Below, in pieces: positions 9,664-20,283 of a stretch of DNA of 59,369 bases. Both the position numbers and the translations under genes were made by a program. The notes under the pieces were generated by a model. That model had not been told where the DNA came from, did not search any database, and saw nothing but the letters and a program-made list of their open reading frames with translations. Numbering within the stretch: position 1 is the stretch's first letter; every line of letters begins with the position of its first letter. This stretch comes from Candidatus Gottesmanbacteria bacterium (lineage in GTDB: Bacteria; Patescibacteriota; Microgenomatia; UBA10105; UBA927). The stretch lies in NCBI GenBank assembly GCA_043798445.1, contig JAZDOQ010000016.1, positions 1 through 59,369 of the forward strand, given 5' to 3'.

Positions 9664-10584
9664 ATGAAACAAACACTGAGTGTGGTTGTCTCTGCATATA
9701 ACGAGGAAAAATCAATTGGACGATGTCTTGGATCCGTAAAGGAATTGGCGGATGAAATCATTGTTGTTGATAACACCTCCGTTGATGGAACGGTTTTGGA
9801 AGCAAAAAAATATACAAAAAATATTATTAAGAAGCCAAATATATTGATGCTTAATACCAACAAAAATGTTGGATTTAGTAAAGCCACAAGTGATTGGATT
9901 TTAAATTTGGATGCTGATGAAGTGATTCCTGAAGAGCTTGCAAAAGAAATAAAAAAGATTATCAATGCAAATCCATCAGAAAACGGTTTTTGGATAAAGC
10001 GAAAGAACTATTCGTTTGGAAAATGGATACAACATGGACTTTGGTGGCCGGATAAGCAGATTAGATTATTTCGTCGTGGTAAAGGGAGTTTCCCTTGCGT
10101 ACATATTCATGAATATATACGTATCGAGGGGAAAATTGGTGAGCTTTTTGAGCCGTATATTCACTACAATTATGAATCTATTCATCAATATTTGATAAAG
10201 ATTGATAGAACATCTACAAGTGAGGCTATCTCATTAACAGAAAGTAAATATCAACTTGCCTGGTATGACGCAATTCGATTTCCAGCATCCGATTTTATCA
10301 AAATCTATTTTGCTGAAGGAGGATATAAGGATGGGTTGCATGGGTTAGTTCTCGCACTCTTTCAAGCCTTTTATTCGTTCTGCACCTTTGCGAAAAAGTG
10401 GGAAATGGAAAAATTTGAAGAGCGGGATATTCAGTTTCCTGCAGTGACGGATGAGTTAAACAATAGAGGAAAAGAAATCGCTTACTGGACACTTACCGCA
10501 TCAATGAGCGATTCAAAGAACATAATTTCAAATATTATAAATAAAATAAAACGAAAAACGATTAAGATAAATAATGAAAAATAA
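9664..10584 (+). CDS. GT2 glycosyltransferase (WaaE/KdtX-like subgroup)
   Basis: Motifs SVVVSAYNEE, VVDNTSVDGT, LDADE, W.PDKQIRLFRR and VHIHEY..HYNY. AGGAG lies 8 nt upstream of the ATG. Paralogue of 11481..12227 and 41764..42525. Confidence 0.75.
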   Translation: MKQTLSVVVSAYNEEKSIGRCLGSVKELADEIIVVDNTSVDGTVLEAKKYTKNIIKKPNILMLNTNKNVGFSKATSDWILNLDADEVIPEELAKEIKKIINANPSENGFWIKRKNYSFGKWIQHGLWWPDKQIRLFRRGKGSFPCVHIHEYIRIEGKIGELFEPYIHYNYESIHQYLIKIDRTSTSEAISLTESKYQLAWYDAIRFPASDFIKIYFAEGGYKDGLHGLVLALFQAFYSFCTFAKKWEMEKFEERDIQFPAVTDELNNRGKEIAYWTLTASMSDSKNIISNIINKIKRKTIKINNEK

Positions 10585-11503
10585 ATCATACGCAATTACT
10601 GTCGTTACGGTGAATTGGAACGGAAAACAAGATACCTTGACATGTCTGTCATCTCTTAAAAAGATTGATTTAAAAAACAATACGCTTTCCATCATCGTTG
10701 TCGACAATGGATCAACTGACGATTCTGTTGTTGCTATTAAAAAACGTTTTCCTGAAGTGAAGGTTCTTACAACCGGGAAAAATCTTGGGTTCACCGGTGG
10801 AAATAACGTAGGAATTCGTCAGGCCATGAACGATGGAGCGGATTTGATTTGGCTTCTTAATAACGATACGTTTGTTGATGAACACGTACTTTCATTTGCA
10901 CACGCGTTTGATGACGAGAGTGTGGGGGCAGTTGGATGTAAGATATATTTTGCACCCGGACATGAGTTTCATCATGATAGATATAAAGAAAGCGAACGTG
11001 GAAAAGTATTTTGGTACGCAGGAGGTATCGTTGATTGGAATAATATGTACGCATCTCATAGGGGTGTTGATGAAGTGGATCACGGACAATATGACACAAC
11101 CGAAGAGACACCATTTATTACTGGATGTTCGTTCATCGTACGACGGGAAGTTATTAATAAGATTGGAATGCTAGATGATCGTTATTACCTTTATCTTGAA
11201 GATCTTGACTGGAATTTACGTATTCAAGGTGCTGGTTGGAAAACGTTGTACATTCCATCATCCATTGTATGGCATGTTAATGCTGGATCATCAGGAAGAC
11301 CAGGAAATCCAGTTCATGAATACTACTTTACCCGTAATCGATTAGTGCTCGGAATGCGGTATGCATCATTTTGGACAAAATTTGCGTTACTACGGGAGGC
11401 AATCAAATATTTATTCACAGCATCTGATATTCGGAAAAAAGCAGTAAGGGATTGGTTATTCGGTAGACTAGGAAAACAATATGAACCAAAAAAACAAAAT
11501 TAG
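10574..11503 (+). CDS. GT2 glycosyltransferase (rhamnosyltransferase-like, COG1216 type)
   Basis: Motifs VVTVNWNG, VVDNGSTDDS, NLGFTGGNN and LLNNDTFV. Confidence 0.75.
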   Translation: MKNKSYAITVVTVNWNGKQDTLTCLSSLKKIDLKNNTLSIIVVDNGSTDDSVVAIKKRFPEVKVLTTGKNLGFTGGNNVGIRQAMNDGADLIWLLNNDTFVDEHVLSFAHAFDDESVGAVGCKIYFAPGHEFHHDRYKESERGKVFWYAGGIVDWNNMYASHRGVDEVDHGQYDTTEETPFITGCSFIVRREVINKIGMLDDRYYLYLEDLDWNLRIQGAGWKTLYIPSSIVWHVNAGSSGRPGNPVHEYYFTRNRLVLGMRYASFWTKFALLREAIKYLFTASDIRKKAVRDWLFGRLGKQYEPKKQN

Positions 11504-12227
11504 TGTCATTATTCTCGCTAAGAATGAGTCTCTTCATATATCGGGTTGTATTGAACACGTCGCGTGGGCAGATGAAGTACTTGTTGTTGATAATGGATCA
11601 ACGGATGAAACGATTGCTATTGCTAAAAAACTACATGCGCATGTCATTGAACTTTCAGGGGTTAATTTTTCTGCACTTCGCGAAGCAGGTGCAAAAGTTG
11701 CAAATGGATCGTGGCTTCTCTATATAGATGTTGATGAAATTGTACCAAAAGAACTACAGAAAGAAATCGAAGAAAAAATGAACGGTTCAATATCTGCATA
11801 TTACATTCACCGAACGAATTATTACCTAGGTCAAGAATGGCCAACAAAAGATAAAATGGTGCGTCTTATTAAAAAAGATGCACTCATATCATGGCAAGGA
11901 AAGTTACATGAACATCCAATCATTCAGGGGACGATTGGAGATTGTAAGGAGTCGCTTATTCACCATACCCATCGAACATTGTCTGAAATGGTTGAAAAAA
12001 CCAATGAATGGTCCGAGATAGAGGCTGAATTACGTATGCATGCAAAGCATCCACGTATGTCCTGGTGGCGATTTTTACGTGTGATGGTGACAGCATTTAA
12101 TGATTCATTTTTTAAACAACAAGGATGGAGAGCAGGAACGGCAGGATGGGTGGAAAGCATATATCAGGCATTCAGCATGTTTATTACCTATGCAAAATTG
12201 TGGGAGCGACAACAGAACAAGTCATGA
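11481..12227 (+). CDS. GT2 glycosyltransferase (WaaE/KdtX-like subgroup)
   Basis: Motifs SVIILAKNE, VVDNGSTDET, DVDE and LHEH..HHTH. Same pattern as 9664..10584 and 41764..42525. Confidence 0.75.
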   Translation: MNQKNKISVIILAKNESLHISGCIEHVAWADEVLVVDNGSTDETIAIAKKLHAHVIELSGVNFSALREAGAKVANGSWLLYIDVDEIVPKELQKEIEEKMNGSISAYYIHRTNYYLGQEWPTKDKMVRLIKKDALISWQGKLHEHPIIQGTIGDCKESLIHHTHRTLSEMVEKTNEWSEIEAELRMHAKHPRMSWWRFLRVMVTAFNDSFFKQQGWRAGTAGWVESIYQAFSMFITYAKLWERQQNKS

Positions 12228-14542
12228 AGAAAATATTCCTTAAGATTCTGCCAATCATTGCACTATTGGCATTGTGGATTACATTTTCTTTTCCCTATAT
12301 CGGAAAAGGGTTAGTGCCACTTTCTTCAACGTATCTGGTAACATTTTTTCCTCCATGGAGTGCTTCATACGGAATGCCAGTGAAAAATAATGCGATGCCT
12401 GATATTATCACGCAGATTTATCCATGGAAGCAGATAACCATTGAAAGCCTTAAGCTTGGACAGATTCCATTATGGAACCCTTTTAGTTTTTCAGGAACGG
12501 TTCATGCAGGTAACTACCAGTCGGCTATATTTTCTCCGTTCAATGTATTATTTTTCATTTTTTCATTTATTGACGCGTGGAGCATATTTATATTATTGCA
12601 ACCAATACTAGCAGGGCTTGGCACGTATCTTTTTATCCGATCACTAGGGCGGTCAAAGAGCGCCTCACTGCTTGGCGCTGTTGCCTATATGTTCTGTGGA
12701 TTCATGACCACATGGATGGCCTATGGAACCCTCGGATATGCAGCGTTGTGTCTGCCATGGGCATTGTGGGCGGTTACAGCATATATGAAAAAACAATCAA
12801 CATGGTGCCCCCTTATCCTGTCGTTATGCTTGGCTATTTCATTTTTTGCAGGACATTTTCAAATCTCTTTATATGTACTTGCAGCAGTTGTTGCATATAT
12901 TCTTTTTGTTACGTTATCGACGAAACAATGGAAGTTAGGAATAATGCTTTTGTTATATACAGCTATTGGTGTTTTGATTGCTTCACCACAAATTTTATTG
13001 ACACTTGATGCCTATTCGGCCTCAACACGAAGTACTAGTTTTATGAAAGGTGAGGTTATTCCATGGAGATATCTTATTACATTATTCTCACCAGATTTTT
13101 ATGGAAATCCTGTTACAAGAAATGATTGGTTTGGACACTATGCAGAGTGGGCAAGTTATGTGGGGGTGGCGCCACTCATTCTCGCGATGTTCGCGATAAC
13201 AAAAAAACTGAAAGGGTATATCCGATTTTTCGCAGTACTTGGATGTTTTTCAATATTTTTGGCGTACCCGACACCGTTAAATGATTTGTTATATGCGTTA
13301 AAACTTCCTGCTATTTCAACAAGCGCCGCTTCACGGATCATTATCCTATTTAGTTTTTCTCTTGCCATGCTTTCCGCATTTGGACTTGATGAGCTCGTTA
13401 CCGTGTGGAAAGGGAAAGATAAAAAATCCATAATACCGTTCATTATTTGGTGGGGAATACTACTTGTAGTCATTTGGATAACGGTTTTATTTATAAGGCC
13501 CTTTCCGTTGGAAAAACTGTCAATTGCAAAACGAAATCTCCTTTTACCAACAGCGCTAACGTTTGCTACGGTATTTCTAATGAGTGTCGGGTTTATCAAG
13601 AAATACAAACCGTACATGATTCTTGTGGTTCTTCTTTTGGGGCTAAGTATGTTTGATTCGTATCGATATGCCTCTAAGTGGATGCCGTTTGACAAGAAAG
13701 AATACGTATATCCGGAAATGAAATCATTAACGTTTTTAAAACAAGTAGTTGGACATAATCGTGTGTTTGGAAACATCGGCAATGAAGTAGGTGCTACGAA
13801 TAATCTGCTGCTAATTGAGGGATATGATGCGATGTATCAAGGAAGATACGGAGCATTTATAAGTGCCGCATCAACTGGTATCGCGTCTCTTGGCGGCCGA
13901 TCCGTTGTCATGCTTGATAAGCATGGGATTTTTACAAAAGAAACGTTGCAGTTATTGGGGGTTCGCTATTTTTATCATCGCGTTGGGGATGGAAGAAATG
14001 TGTGGGCATTTCCAGTATGGGAGTATCCTGATGGGCAAGTTAAACAAATATATAAAGATGAGCAATATGAAATTTATGAAGATACGAATACATTTCCTCG
14101 CGCCTTTCTAGCATCAGAATATGTTGTAGCTACGGAAGATCAAACAATAATAGACACCTTATTTTCGAAGGATATGAATCGAAAGGAAACTCTTGTCCTT
14201 GAGGAGGAGCCGGCGATTCGACCTGAGGCTGGAGAAGGTAAAGCAGATATACTTAAGTATTCCGCAAATGTAATCCGTATTCGAACTGAATCGACTGCTC
14301 CTAAATTATTATTCTTATCTGACGTATATGATGATGGTTGGAAAGCAACAATTGATGGAAGCAATACACATATATATAGAGCAGATTATGATTTCCGTGC
14401 GATCGCTGTTCCTTCTGGAATTCATACGGTAGAATATAGATATCATCCAAAAGGATTTCGTATTGGAATGATTACAGCCATAATAAGCATCGTGATAGGT
14501 ATTGGCGGAGTGATTGTTTTAAAAAAGAAACAGACGATATGA
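12224..14542 (+). CDS. YfhO-family GT-C membrane glycosyltransferase
   Basis: Motifs IYPWK, PLWNPFSFSGTVHAGNYQSAIFSPFN and SPDFYGNPVTRNDW. C-terminal DVYDDGWKATIDG..IYRADYDFRAIAVPSGIHTV, then a terminal TM. ATG 12224 forms an ATGA overlap with the upstream stop. The 12125 extension in the ORF track runs through the upstream gene. Confidence 0.8.
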   Translation: MKKIFLKILPIIALLALWITFSFPYIGKGLVPLSSTYLVTFFPPWSASYGMPVKNNAMPDIITQIYPWKQITIESLKLGQIPLWNPFSFSGTVHAGNYQSAIFSPFNVLFFIFSFIDAWSIFILLQPILAGLGTYLFIRSLGRSKSASLLGAVAYMFCGFMTTWMAYGTLGYAALCLPWALWAVTAYMKKQSTWCPLILSLCLAISFFAGHFQISLYVLAAVVAYILFVTLSTKQWKLGIMLLLYTAIGVLIASPQILLTLDAYSASTRSTSFMKGEVIPWRYLITLFSPDFYGNPVTRNDWFGHYAEWASYVGVAPLILAMFAITKKLKGYIRFFAVLGCFSIFLAYPTPLNDLLYALKLPAISTSAASRIIILFSFSLAMLSAFGLDELVTVWKGKDKKSIIPFIIWWGILLVVIWITVLFIRPFPLEKLSIAKRNLLLPTALTFATVFLMSVGFIKKYKPYMILVVLLLGLSMFDSYRYASKWMPFDKKEYVYPEMKSLTFLKQVVGHNRVFGNIGNEVGATNNLLLIEGYDAMYQGRYGAFISAASTGIASLGGRSVVMLDKHGIFTKETLQLLGVRYFYHRVGDGRNVWAFPVWEYPDGQVKQIYKDEQYEIYEDTNTFPRAFLASEYVVATEDQTIIDTLFSKDMNRKETLVLEEEPAIRPEAGEGKADILKYSANVIRIRTESTAPKLLFLSDVYDDGWKATIDGSNTHIYRADYDFRAIAVPSGIHTVEYRYHPKGFRIGMITAIISIVIGIGGVIVLKKKQTI

Positions 14543-15582
14543 AAATTGGTATCTACAATCCATATTTTGATTCTTACGGCGGTGGAGAACGGTATATGTT
14601 GACTGCAGCAGAACATTGGTCAAAAAAACATACCGTATCAGTCTTTTGGGATGAAAAAACAATGGTAGCTGAATCAGAAAAACGTTTTTCACTTGATTTA
14701 TCGCGTATTCACATAATGCCAAACGTGTTTAAGAATGGCACCTTGATTCAAAAACTAATTGCGTCAGCCACCTATGATTTTATTTTCTTTTTGAGTGATG
14801 GCAGTGTCCCATCATCTCTTGCACGGTATAATATGTTGAATTTTCAAGTTCCGTTTCCTCATGTTGCCATGACGCCATGGAAACGAACCCGCTATCAAGC
14901 AGTCATTTGCTATTCAGAGTTTACTAAGGAACATCTCGATCCCACAATTGGTATTCCAGTAAAAATTATTTATCCTCCAATCGATATTGATAAATTCGAA
15001 ATCGGAAAGAAAGAAAAAATATTATTATCGGTAGGAAGATTCAATAGTTTATATAGCGTAAAAAAATATGATGTTTTGATAGAAGCGTTTAAAAAGGCGG
15101 TAAAGAATAAATCAATTAAGGGATGGAAATTGGTTATTGCAGGGGGCCTGTTAGACACGGATAAAGAATATTTTGAATCACTCAAGAAATTAGCAAAGGG
15201 CTATGATGTAGAGTTTTATCCAAACTGTTCGTTTGAAACGCTAAAAAAGTTGTATAGTACTGCTTCTATTTATTGGCATGCAGCGGGTTTTGGAGAAACA
15301 GATCCTCAACATATGGAACACTTTGGAATAACGACTATTGAAGCAATGGCATCAGGCTGCGTTCCAATTGTATTTGCAGGCGGTGGTCAACCAGAGATTG
15401 TGAAGCAAAAGAAAAATGGATATCTTTGGAAAACACGTGCGGAACTCATTACAGCAACTGAAAGAGTAATAACGAATGAAAAAGAAGCAACAGCCTTACG
15501 TAAAGAAGCGATAAAAAGCGCTAAACACTTTTCAAAAGAAGTTTTTAATCAGGCATTTGATGCGCTTCTCAAATCGCTATGA
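14539..15582 (+). CDS. GT4 (GT-B fold) glycosyltransferase
   Basis: C-terminal EHFGITTIEAMASGCVPIV (E-x7-E type motif), about 350 aa, soluble. ATGA overlaps at both ends. Confidence 0.8.
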   Translation: MKIGIYNPYFDSYGGGERYMLTAAEHWSKKHTVSVFWDEKTMVAESEKRFSLDLSRIHIMPNVFKNGTLIQKLIASATYDFIFFLSDGSVPSSLARYNMLNFQVPFPHVAMTPWKRTRYQAVICYSEFTKEHLDPTIGIPVKIIYPPIDIDKFEIGKKEKILLSVGRFNSLYSVKKYDVLIEAFKKAVKNKSIKGWKLVIAGGLLDTDKEYFESLKKLAKGYDVEFYPNCSFETLKKLYSTASIYWHAAGFGETDPQHMEHFGITTIEAMASGCVPIVFAGGGQPEIVKQKKNGYLWKTRAELITATERVITNEKEATALRKEAIKSAKHFSKEVFNQAFDALLKSL

Positions 15583-17816
15583 AAAAATACTGGAAAGATC
15601 TTCTTGGGATCTTTGGGATAATCTGTCTCGTTGGAGTATTTTTTTATAAAACAATAATCAGCGGGTTGTTACCTGTTCCAACCGATTCGCTCGTTGGTAT
15701 GTATCATCCATGGCGTGATGCATATGCCCACACATTTCAAAACGGGGTACCCTTTAAAAATTTTCTCATCACAGATCCCGTGCGTCAGCAGATACCATGG
15801 AGAAAACAGGTTATTGATGCGTTCAAGAATAAGAAACTTCCTCTCTGGGATGCAACCTCGTTTTCAGGAGTTCCACTTCTTGCGAATATTCAGTCAGGTG
15901 CGCTGTATCCATTGAATGGTTTATTTTTTATTTTCCCCTTTTCTATTGCATGGACCATTCTTATCATCAGTCAGCCACTACTTGCCGGAATCTTCTTGTT
16001 TTTGTTCTTACGGCATAAAAAGCTTGATGCGATCTCATCACTTGTTGGATCTATTTGTTTTGCCTTCTCCGGATTTTCCATTGCATGGTTGACGTGGGGC
16101 ACAATTGTTTCGACTATGTGTTGGTTGCCGTTAATACTTCTTTCATTTGAAAAGATTCATGAGTCTTCAAAAAAAACTTCATGGAGGTTATTGTTTATTT
16201 TTTCACTCGTCTCAGCATTCTTCGCAGGACATATACAAATATTTGTGTATTCCATGCTTGTTTTTGGAGCGTATGCTTTGTGGACATTTAGAAAGGTAAA
16301 GATGCAGCAGTTGTTTGCAATGCACATTATCATTCCCGCAGTTGTGATTGCGGTTACCGCACCAGTTTGGATTCGTTTATTATCGTATCTACCAGAGACG
16401 TCGCGAATAGCAGGATCTGCATGGACCGCAGAAGGATTTTTTATTCCGCTTAAACATCTTGTGCAATTTATCGTCCCTGATTATTTTGGTAATCCGGCAA
16501 CCTTAAACTATTGGGGTGTCTGGAATTATGGAGAAATGATTGGGTATATCGGGGTTGTTGGTTTATTGTTAGCAATTGTGGGGATATCACTCGAGTCTGT
16601 TTTCTGGGTAGGAGTCGTTAGTCTAGGACTTCTTTTTGCTGTTGATTCTCCATTTGCTAGGTTGCCGTTTGCTCTTCATATTCCAGTTCTTACTTCGCTT
16701 CAGCCAACAAGGCTTTTGGCTATTGTTGATTTTGGTTTGTCGATACTCGCAGCATACGGAATGGCAACGCTGATAGCTGGGGGTAAGAAAAAACAGATGC
16801 TGTTTGGAGGAATTATACTGCTGACGTTGTTTGTGGGAGCATGGATAAGTGTTTTGATCCCGACATCATTTGGTGTGCCAATAGAGCATATTGCTGTCGT
16901 AAAACGAAATTTGATTCTCCCTTCGTTGTTGGTTGCGGCGGGGATGGGAATTGTTGGCGGATACATGCTGCTTAAAAAATCGTGGGGTACGATTCGATAT
17001 ATCGGCGGGAGCGTAGTGCTTATCATTCTTTCTTTTGAGCTTATCCGTTTTGGATGGAAGTTTACGCCGTTTACCGAACGCTCGTTCTTTTTTCCAAAAA
17101 CTGAAATTATTTCTCGTCTTGAGCAACTTCCTAAACCGTTTCGCGTTATTGCGGTAGATGACCGTTTGTTACCACCAAACACATTGAGTTTCTATGGGAT
17201 TGAATCGATATCCGGGTATGATCCGATTCACACATTGCGGTATGAAGAATATATCGCTGCGATGGAGCGGGGAGAGCCAAATATTAACCCGCCATTTGGA
17301 TTTACTCGTATTATTACACCAAAAACAATAACCTCACCGCTTCTTCCGCTTCTAAATGTACAGTATGTTATTTCGATGGATCCATTGATTGGAAAGAACG
17401 TGCGACTGCTTGCAGAGGAAGGGACAACAAAATTATATAAGTTTGTTGGTGGGGTGCCGAGGGTGTATCTTGCCGAACAGGTAATAACAGCTTCATCAAA
17501 AGAAGCTGTTATGCAAGCATTATATGATCTAACGTTTATTCCGGGTAAAACAGCCGTTGTTGAATCAGCTGTGTCAGCTAGTCTAGAGCCGCTACAAATT
17601 GGTGAAGCTGCGGTGTCTTCCTCATATGAGGAAGACAGGATGATTATTAAAACCATAACTAAAAATACACGCCTATTGGTTATCGGCAATATGATGGATC
17701 CGCATTGGAACGTAACAATTGACGGAAACAAAACACTTATTGTTCGTGTTAATTATCTTTTTTTCGGCATTCTCGTTCCTGACGGAGACCACACAGTTAC
17801 GGTACAATATAAATAA
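15579..17816 (+). CDS. YfhO-family GT-C membrane glycosyltransferase lacking the terminal TM anchor
   Basis: Motifs QQIPWRK, LPLWDATSFSGVPLLANIQSGALYPLN and VPDYFGNPATLNYW. C-terminal MMDPHWNVTIDGNK..VPDGDHTVTVQYK ends the protein. Confidence 0.8.
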   Translation: MKKYWKDLLGIFGIICLVGVFFYKTIISGLLPVPTDSLVGMYHPWRDAYAHTFQNGVPFKNFLITDPVRQQIPWRKQVIDAFKNKKLPLWDATSFSGVPLLANIQSGALYPLNGLFFIFPFSIAWTILIISQPLLAGIFLFLFLRHKKLDAISSLVGSICFAFSGFSIAWLTWGTIVSTMCWLPLILLSFEKIHESSKKTSWRLLFIFSLVSAFFAGHIQIFVYSMLVFGAYALWTFRKVKMQQLFAMHIIIPAVVIAVTAPVWIRLLSYLPETSRIAGSAWTAEGFFIPLKHLVQFIVPDYFGNPATLNYWGVWNYGEMIGYIGVVGLLLAIVGISLESVFWVGVVSLGLLFAVDSPFARLPFALHIPVLTSLQPTRLLAIVDFGLSILAAYGMATLIAGGKKKQMLFGGIILLTLFVGAWISVLIPTSFGVPIEHIAVVKRNLILPSLLVAAGMGIVGGYMLLKKSWGTIRYIGGSVVLIILSFELIRFGWKFTPFTERSFFFPKTEIISRLEQLPKPFRVIAVDDRLLPPNTLSFYGIESISGYDPIHTLRYEEYIAAMERGEPNINPPFGFTRIITPKTITSPLLPLLNVQYVISMDPLIGKNVRLLAEEGTTKLYKFVGGVPRVYLAEQVITASSKEAVMQALYDLTFIPGKTAVVESAVSASLEPLQIGEAAVSSSYEEDRMIIKTITKNTRLLVIGNMMDPHWNVTIDGNKTLIVRVNYLFFGILVPDGDHTVTVQYK

Positions 17817-17819
17817 CCT

Positions 17820-18734
17820 ATGAAAGAACCAACAGTTTCAATAGTTATTCCTAATTGGAATGGTATATATCTTCTTGAGAAGCATCTCCAGGCCGTTATT
17901 GATACTTCACCCGGTGCTCAAATCATTGTATCTGATGATATGTCTTCAGATGGGTCAATATTGTATCTTAAAAAAAACTTTCCTAAGGTTATTGTCGTCA
18001 CAAGTACAAAGCAACGCGGTTTTGCAGGGAATGTGAATGCAGGCGTCGCTCGTGCAACTGGAGACATCGTTGTTCTTCTTAATACCGATGTAGAACCGGA
18101 AAAAGGGTATCTGGAACCCCTTTTGTCTCATTTTAAGAATGCTGATGTATTTGCTGTGGGTTGTCTAGAAAAAAGTTGGGAAGATGGGAAAGTCATATTA
18201 CGGGGAAGAGGCATCGCGCATTGGTATAGAGGATTTTATATTCATAGCCGTGGTGATGTTACAAAATCTGATACTGCATGGGTTTCAGGAGGAAGTGGTG
18301 CATTTAGAAGAGCAATGTGGAATATTCTAGGTGGAATGGATGTTCTTTATAACCCATTTTATTGGGAAGATATTGATTTATCCTATCGTGGTCGCAAAAT
18401 CGGCTGGAAAACATTATTTGAGCCAAATAGTGTTGTGAACCATTATCACGAGCAAGGAAAAATTAAGCAGGTATATACACCAAAAGACGTAAAATGTATC
18501 GTCTATAGAAATCAATTTATTTTTATATGGAAAAATATTTCTGATGTATCACTTATGTTTGATCACGCGTTATGGACTCCTATACGGTTATTACAGGCGA
18601 TACTCCGTAGAGATTACCTTATGGTAGATGGATATATACGTGCCTTATGGAAGTTGCCACGTGTGTTGTACCATCGTGTTTGTCAGCATCGTTTGTTCAC
18701 GAAAAGAGACTTGGATTTAACAATTAAGGACTAA
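17820..18734 (+). CDS. GT2 glycosyltransferase (COG1216 type)
   Basis: Motifs VSIVIPNWNG, SDDMSSDGS, GFAGNVNAG and LLNTDV. Confidence 0.75.
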   Translation: MKEPTVSIVIPNWNGIYLLEKHLQAVIDTSPGAQIIVSDDMSSDGSILYLKKNFPKVIVVTSTKQRGFAGNVNAGVARATGDIVVLLNTDVEPEKGYLEPLLSHFKNADVFAVGCLEKSWEDGKVILRGRGIAHWYRGFYIHSRGDVTKSDTAWVSGGSGAFRRAMWNILGGMDVLYNPFYWEDIDLSYRGRKIGWKTLFEPNSVVNHYHEQGKIKQVYTPKDVKCIVYRNQFIFIWKNISDVSLMFDHALWTPIRLLQAILRRDYLMVDGYIRALWKLPRVLYHRVCQHRLFTKRDLDLTIKD

Positions 18735-18740
18735 TTTTAT

Positions 18741-20282
18741 ATGTTTGCCAAAAGAAGTATAGTTTCTTTTATTGTTGCTTCGTGCATATCTTTTATAATT
18801 CTCCTTACGCTCAACGACTTTGGCATTACGTGGGATGAGCCTATCTACTTTCGGAATGCAGATAGATATGTTTCATGGATAAAGCACCCAATTTTTGAAA
18901 AGGTAAATAAATCGTTTGAAGCAGCTCCCGATGATGTGCATCCACCATTCCGAAAATTAATTGCGGGAGTTACGCATAGCGTTCTTACAACTCAACTGAA
19001 GATCGTTGATAACACGAGAGGGTACAGAATTTCTTCATTGGTATTTGTATTTCCGTTTATTTTTATTTTTACATATGTCGCGATTGGATATGTCGGTTAT
19101 CTATTTGGTATCCTTGTTACTTTGATGTTTTCTTTGATGCCACATGTACTCTTTTTGACCCCACTCGTAACGCTCGATTACGCTGTTACTGCTTTGTGGT
19201 TTATGGCAGTGATAGCCATGATGAAAGGGATGAAAAACTACCGTTGGGTGTTCGTTAGTGCTATATGCACTGGATGTGCGATGCTTACAAAATTTCATGG
19301 GTATATACTGTTTATTCCGCTTGGAATAACGTGGCTTGTTTTCTTTTGGGAAAGATTAATTTCCCATACTCGTTTCAAGAAAAAAATACACTTTTTCCTG
19401 CCTTTGGTGTATTTGATTTTTGGCGCTCTCGTTATTTACTTTATAGGTTGGCCTTGGTTATGGACAGAATTGGTACCCCATCTGAAAGAGTATTTTTCAC
19501 TTCAATTTTTCCATGTTGGAGTCCCTGTTATGATCTTCGGACACATATTCACACACGTTCCCTGGTGGTATGTTCCAACGATGTTTTTTGTTACCACTCC
19601 TGCGTTCATTGTATGTTTTTTTCTATTTGGTTTATTGTATGTAGTTAAAAAAGGATCTCTTCGTGACCGTTTATTTCTCATGCATGCGTTATTTCCAATA
19701 ATATTTTTTATGCTTCCCATAGTTAATCGATACGATTGGATACGATTATTTCTCCCTGCATTTCCATTTGTATGTCTTATTGCAGGCCGTGGCATGGTGG
19801 TTGCTATCAAGTTGTTAAAAAAACAGACAAAGATTTCCGGAACTATTATCGTGATACTTCTTTGGATGGTTACCGTATATTTTTCCGTCATTCGCATTCA
19901 TCCATGGGAATCAGCATATTACAACGAGTTTGTTGGTGGCATTTCTGGAGCATATAGACTTGGTTTTGAGACGGAGTTTTGGGGAAACGCGTATAAAGGA
20001 ATTCTTCCCTGGATGAATGCAAACAAGAAAGACATGATGTGTGTGAAGCCAACAACGCAACCATTTTATTATTACCAAGCGATGGGGCAGATTGAAGGGG
20101 GAGTTGTTTTTAATGCTGGAATCGGAGCTTGTAAATATGTTGTAATACTCATGCGCCAGGGATTTTTTATACAAGATGCATTTATTGATGCAATCGTGAA
20201 AACCAGAAAACCGATTCATGCAGTATCCGTTGATGGAGTGCCTTTAGTCGGTGTGTATGATATAACTGACACAACTCATTAA
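18741..20282 (+). CDS. GT-C glycosyltransferase, PMT_2/ArnT-like
   Basis: First-loop motif GITWDEPIYF, then DVHPPF. Multi-TM protein of 513 aa with a short soluble C-terminus. Confidence 0.65.
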   Translation: MFAKRSIVSFIVASCISFIILLTLNDFGITWDEPIYFRNADRYVSWIKHPIFEKVNKSFEAAPDDVHPPFRKLIAGVTHSVLTTQLKIVDNTRGYRISSLVFVFPFIFIFTYVAIGYVGYLFGILVTLMFSLMPHVLFLTPLVTLDYAVTALWFMAVIAMMKGMKNYRWVFVSAICTGCAMLTKFHGYILFIPLGITWLVFFWERLISHTRFKKKIHFFLPLVYLIFGALVIYFIGWPWLWTELVPHLKEYFSLQFFHVGVPVMIFGHIFTHVPWWYVPTMFFVTTPAFIVCFFLFGLLYVVKKGSLRDRLFLMHALFPIIFFMLPIVNRYDWIRLFLPAFPFVCLIAGRGMVVAIKLLKKQTKISGTIIVILLWMVTVYFSVIRIHPWESAYYNEFVGGISGAYRLGFETEFWGNAYKGILPWMNANKKDMMCVKPTTQPFYYYQAMGQIEGGVVFNAGIGACKYVVILMRQGFFIQDAFIDAIVKTRKPIHAVSVDGVPLVGVYDITDTTH

Positions 20283-20283
20283 T

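Noticed and set aside
12125-12223. 5' extensions of several track ORFs that overlap the preceding or a divergent gene: 12125, 42363, 43024, 44130, 38567, 35243, 56252, 52444, 4237 and 33556..35349.
   Set aside because: In each case an internal ATG sits exactly at or next to the upstream stop, often as ATGA, and starts a typical MKK-plus-hydrophobic N-terminus. The extension reads through a better-supported gene.
13156-13782. Long antisense ORFs inside GT-C genes: 208 aa at 13156..13782, 181 aa at 6630..7175, 160 aa at 16700..17182, 167 aa at 17228..17731, 131 aa at 19502..19897, 129 aa at 27985..28374, 126 aa at 36187..36567 and 125 aa at 31196..31573.
   Set aside because: Each lies entirely within a longer ORF on the other strand that has clear family motifs. 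Their translations are low-complexity or compositionally odd and carry no motif. They are most simply explained as shadow frames of Leu/Ile/Phe-rich membrane genes.
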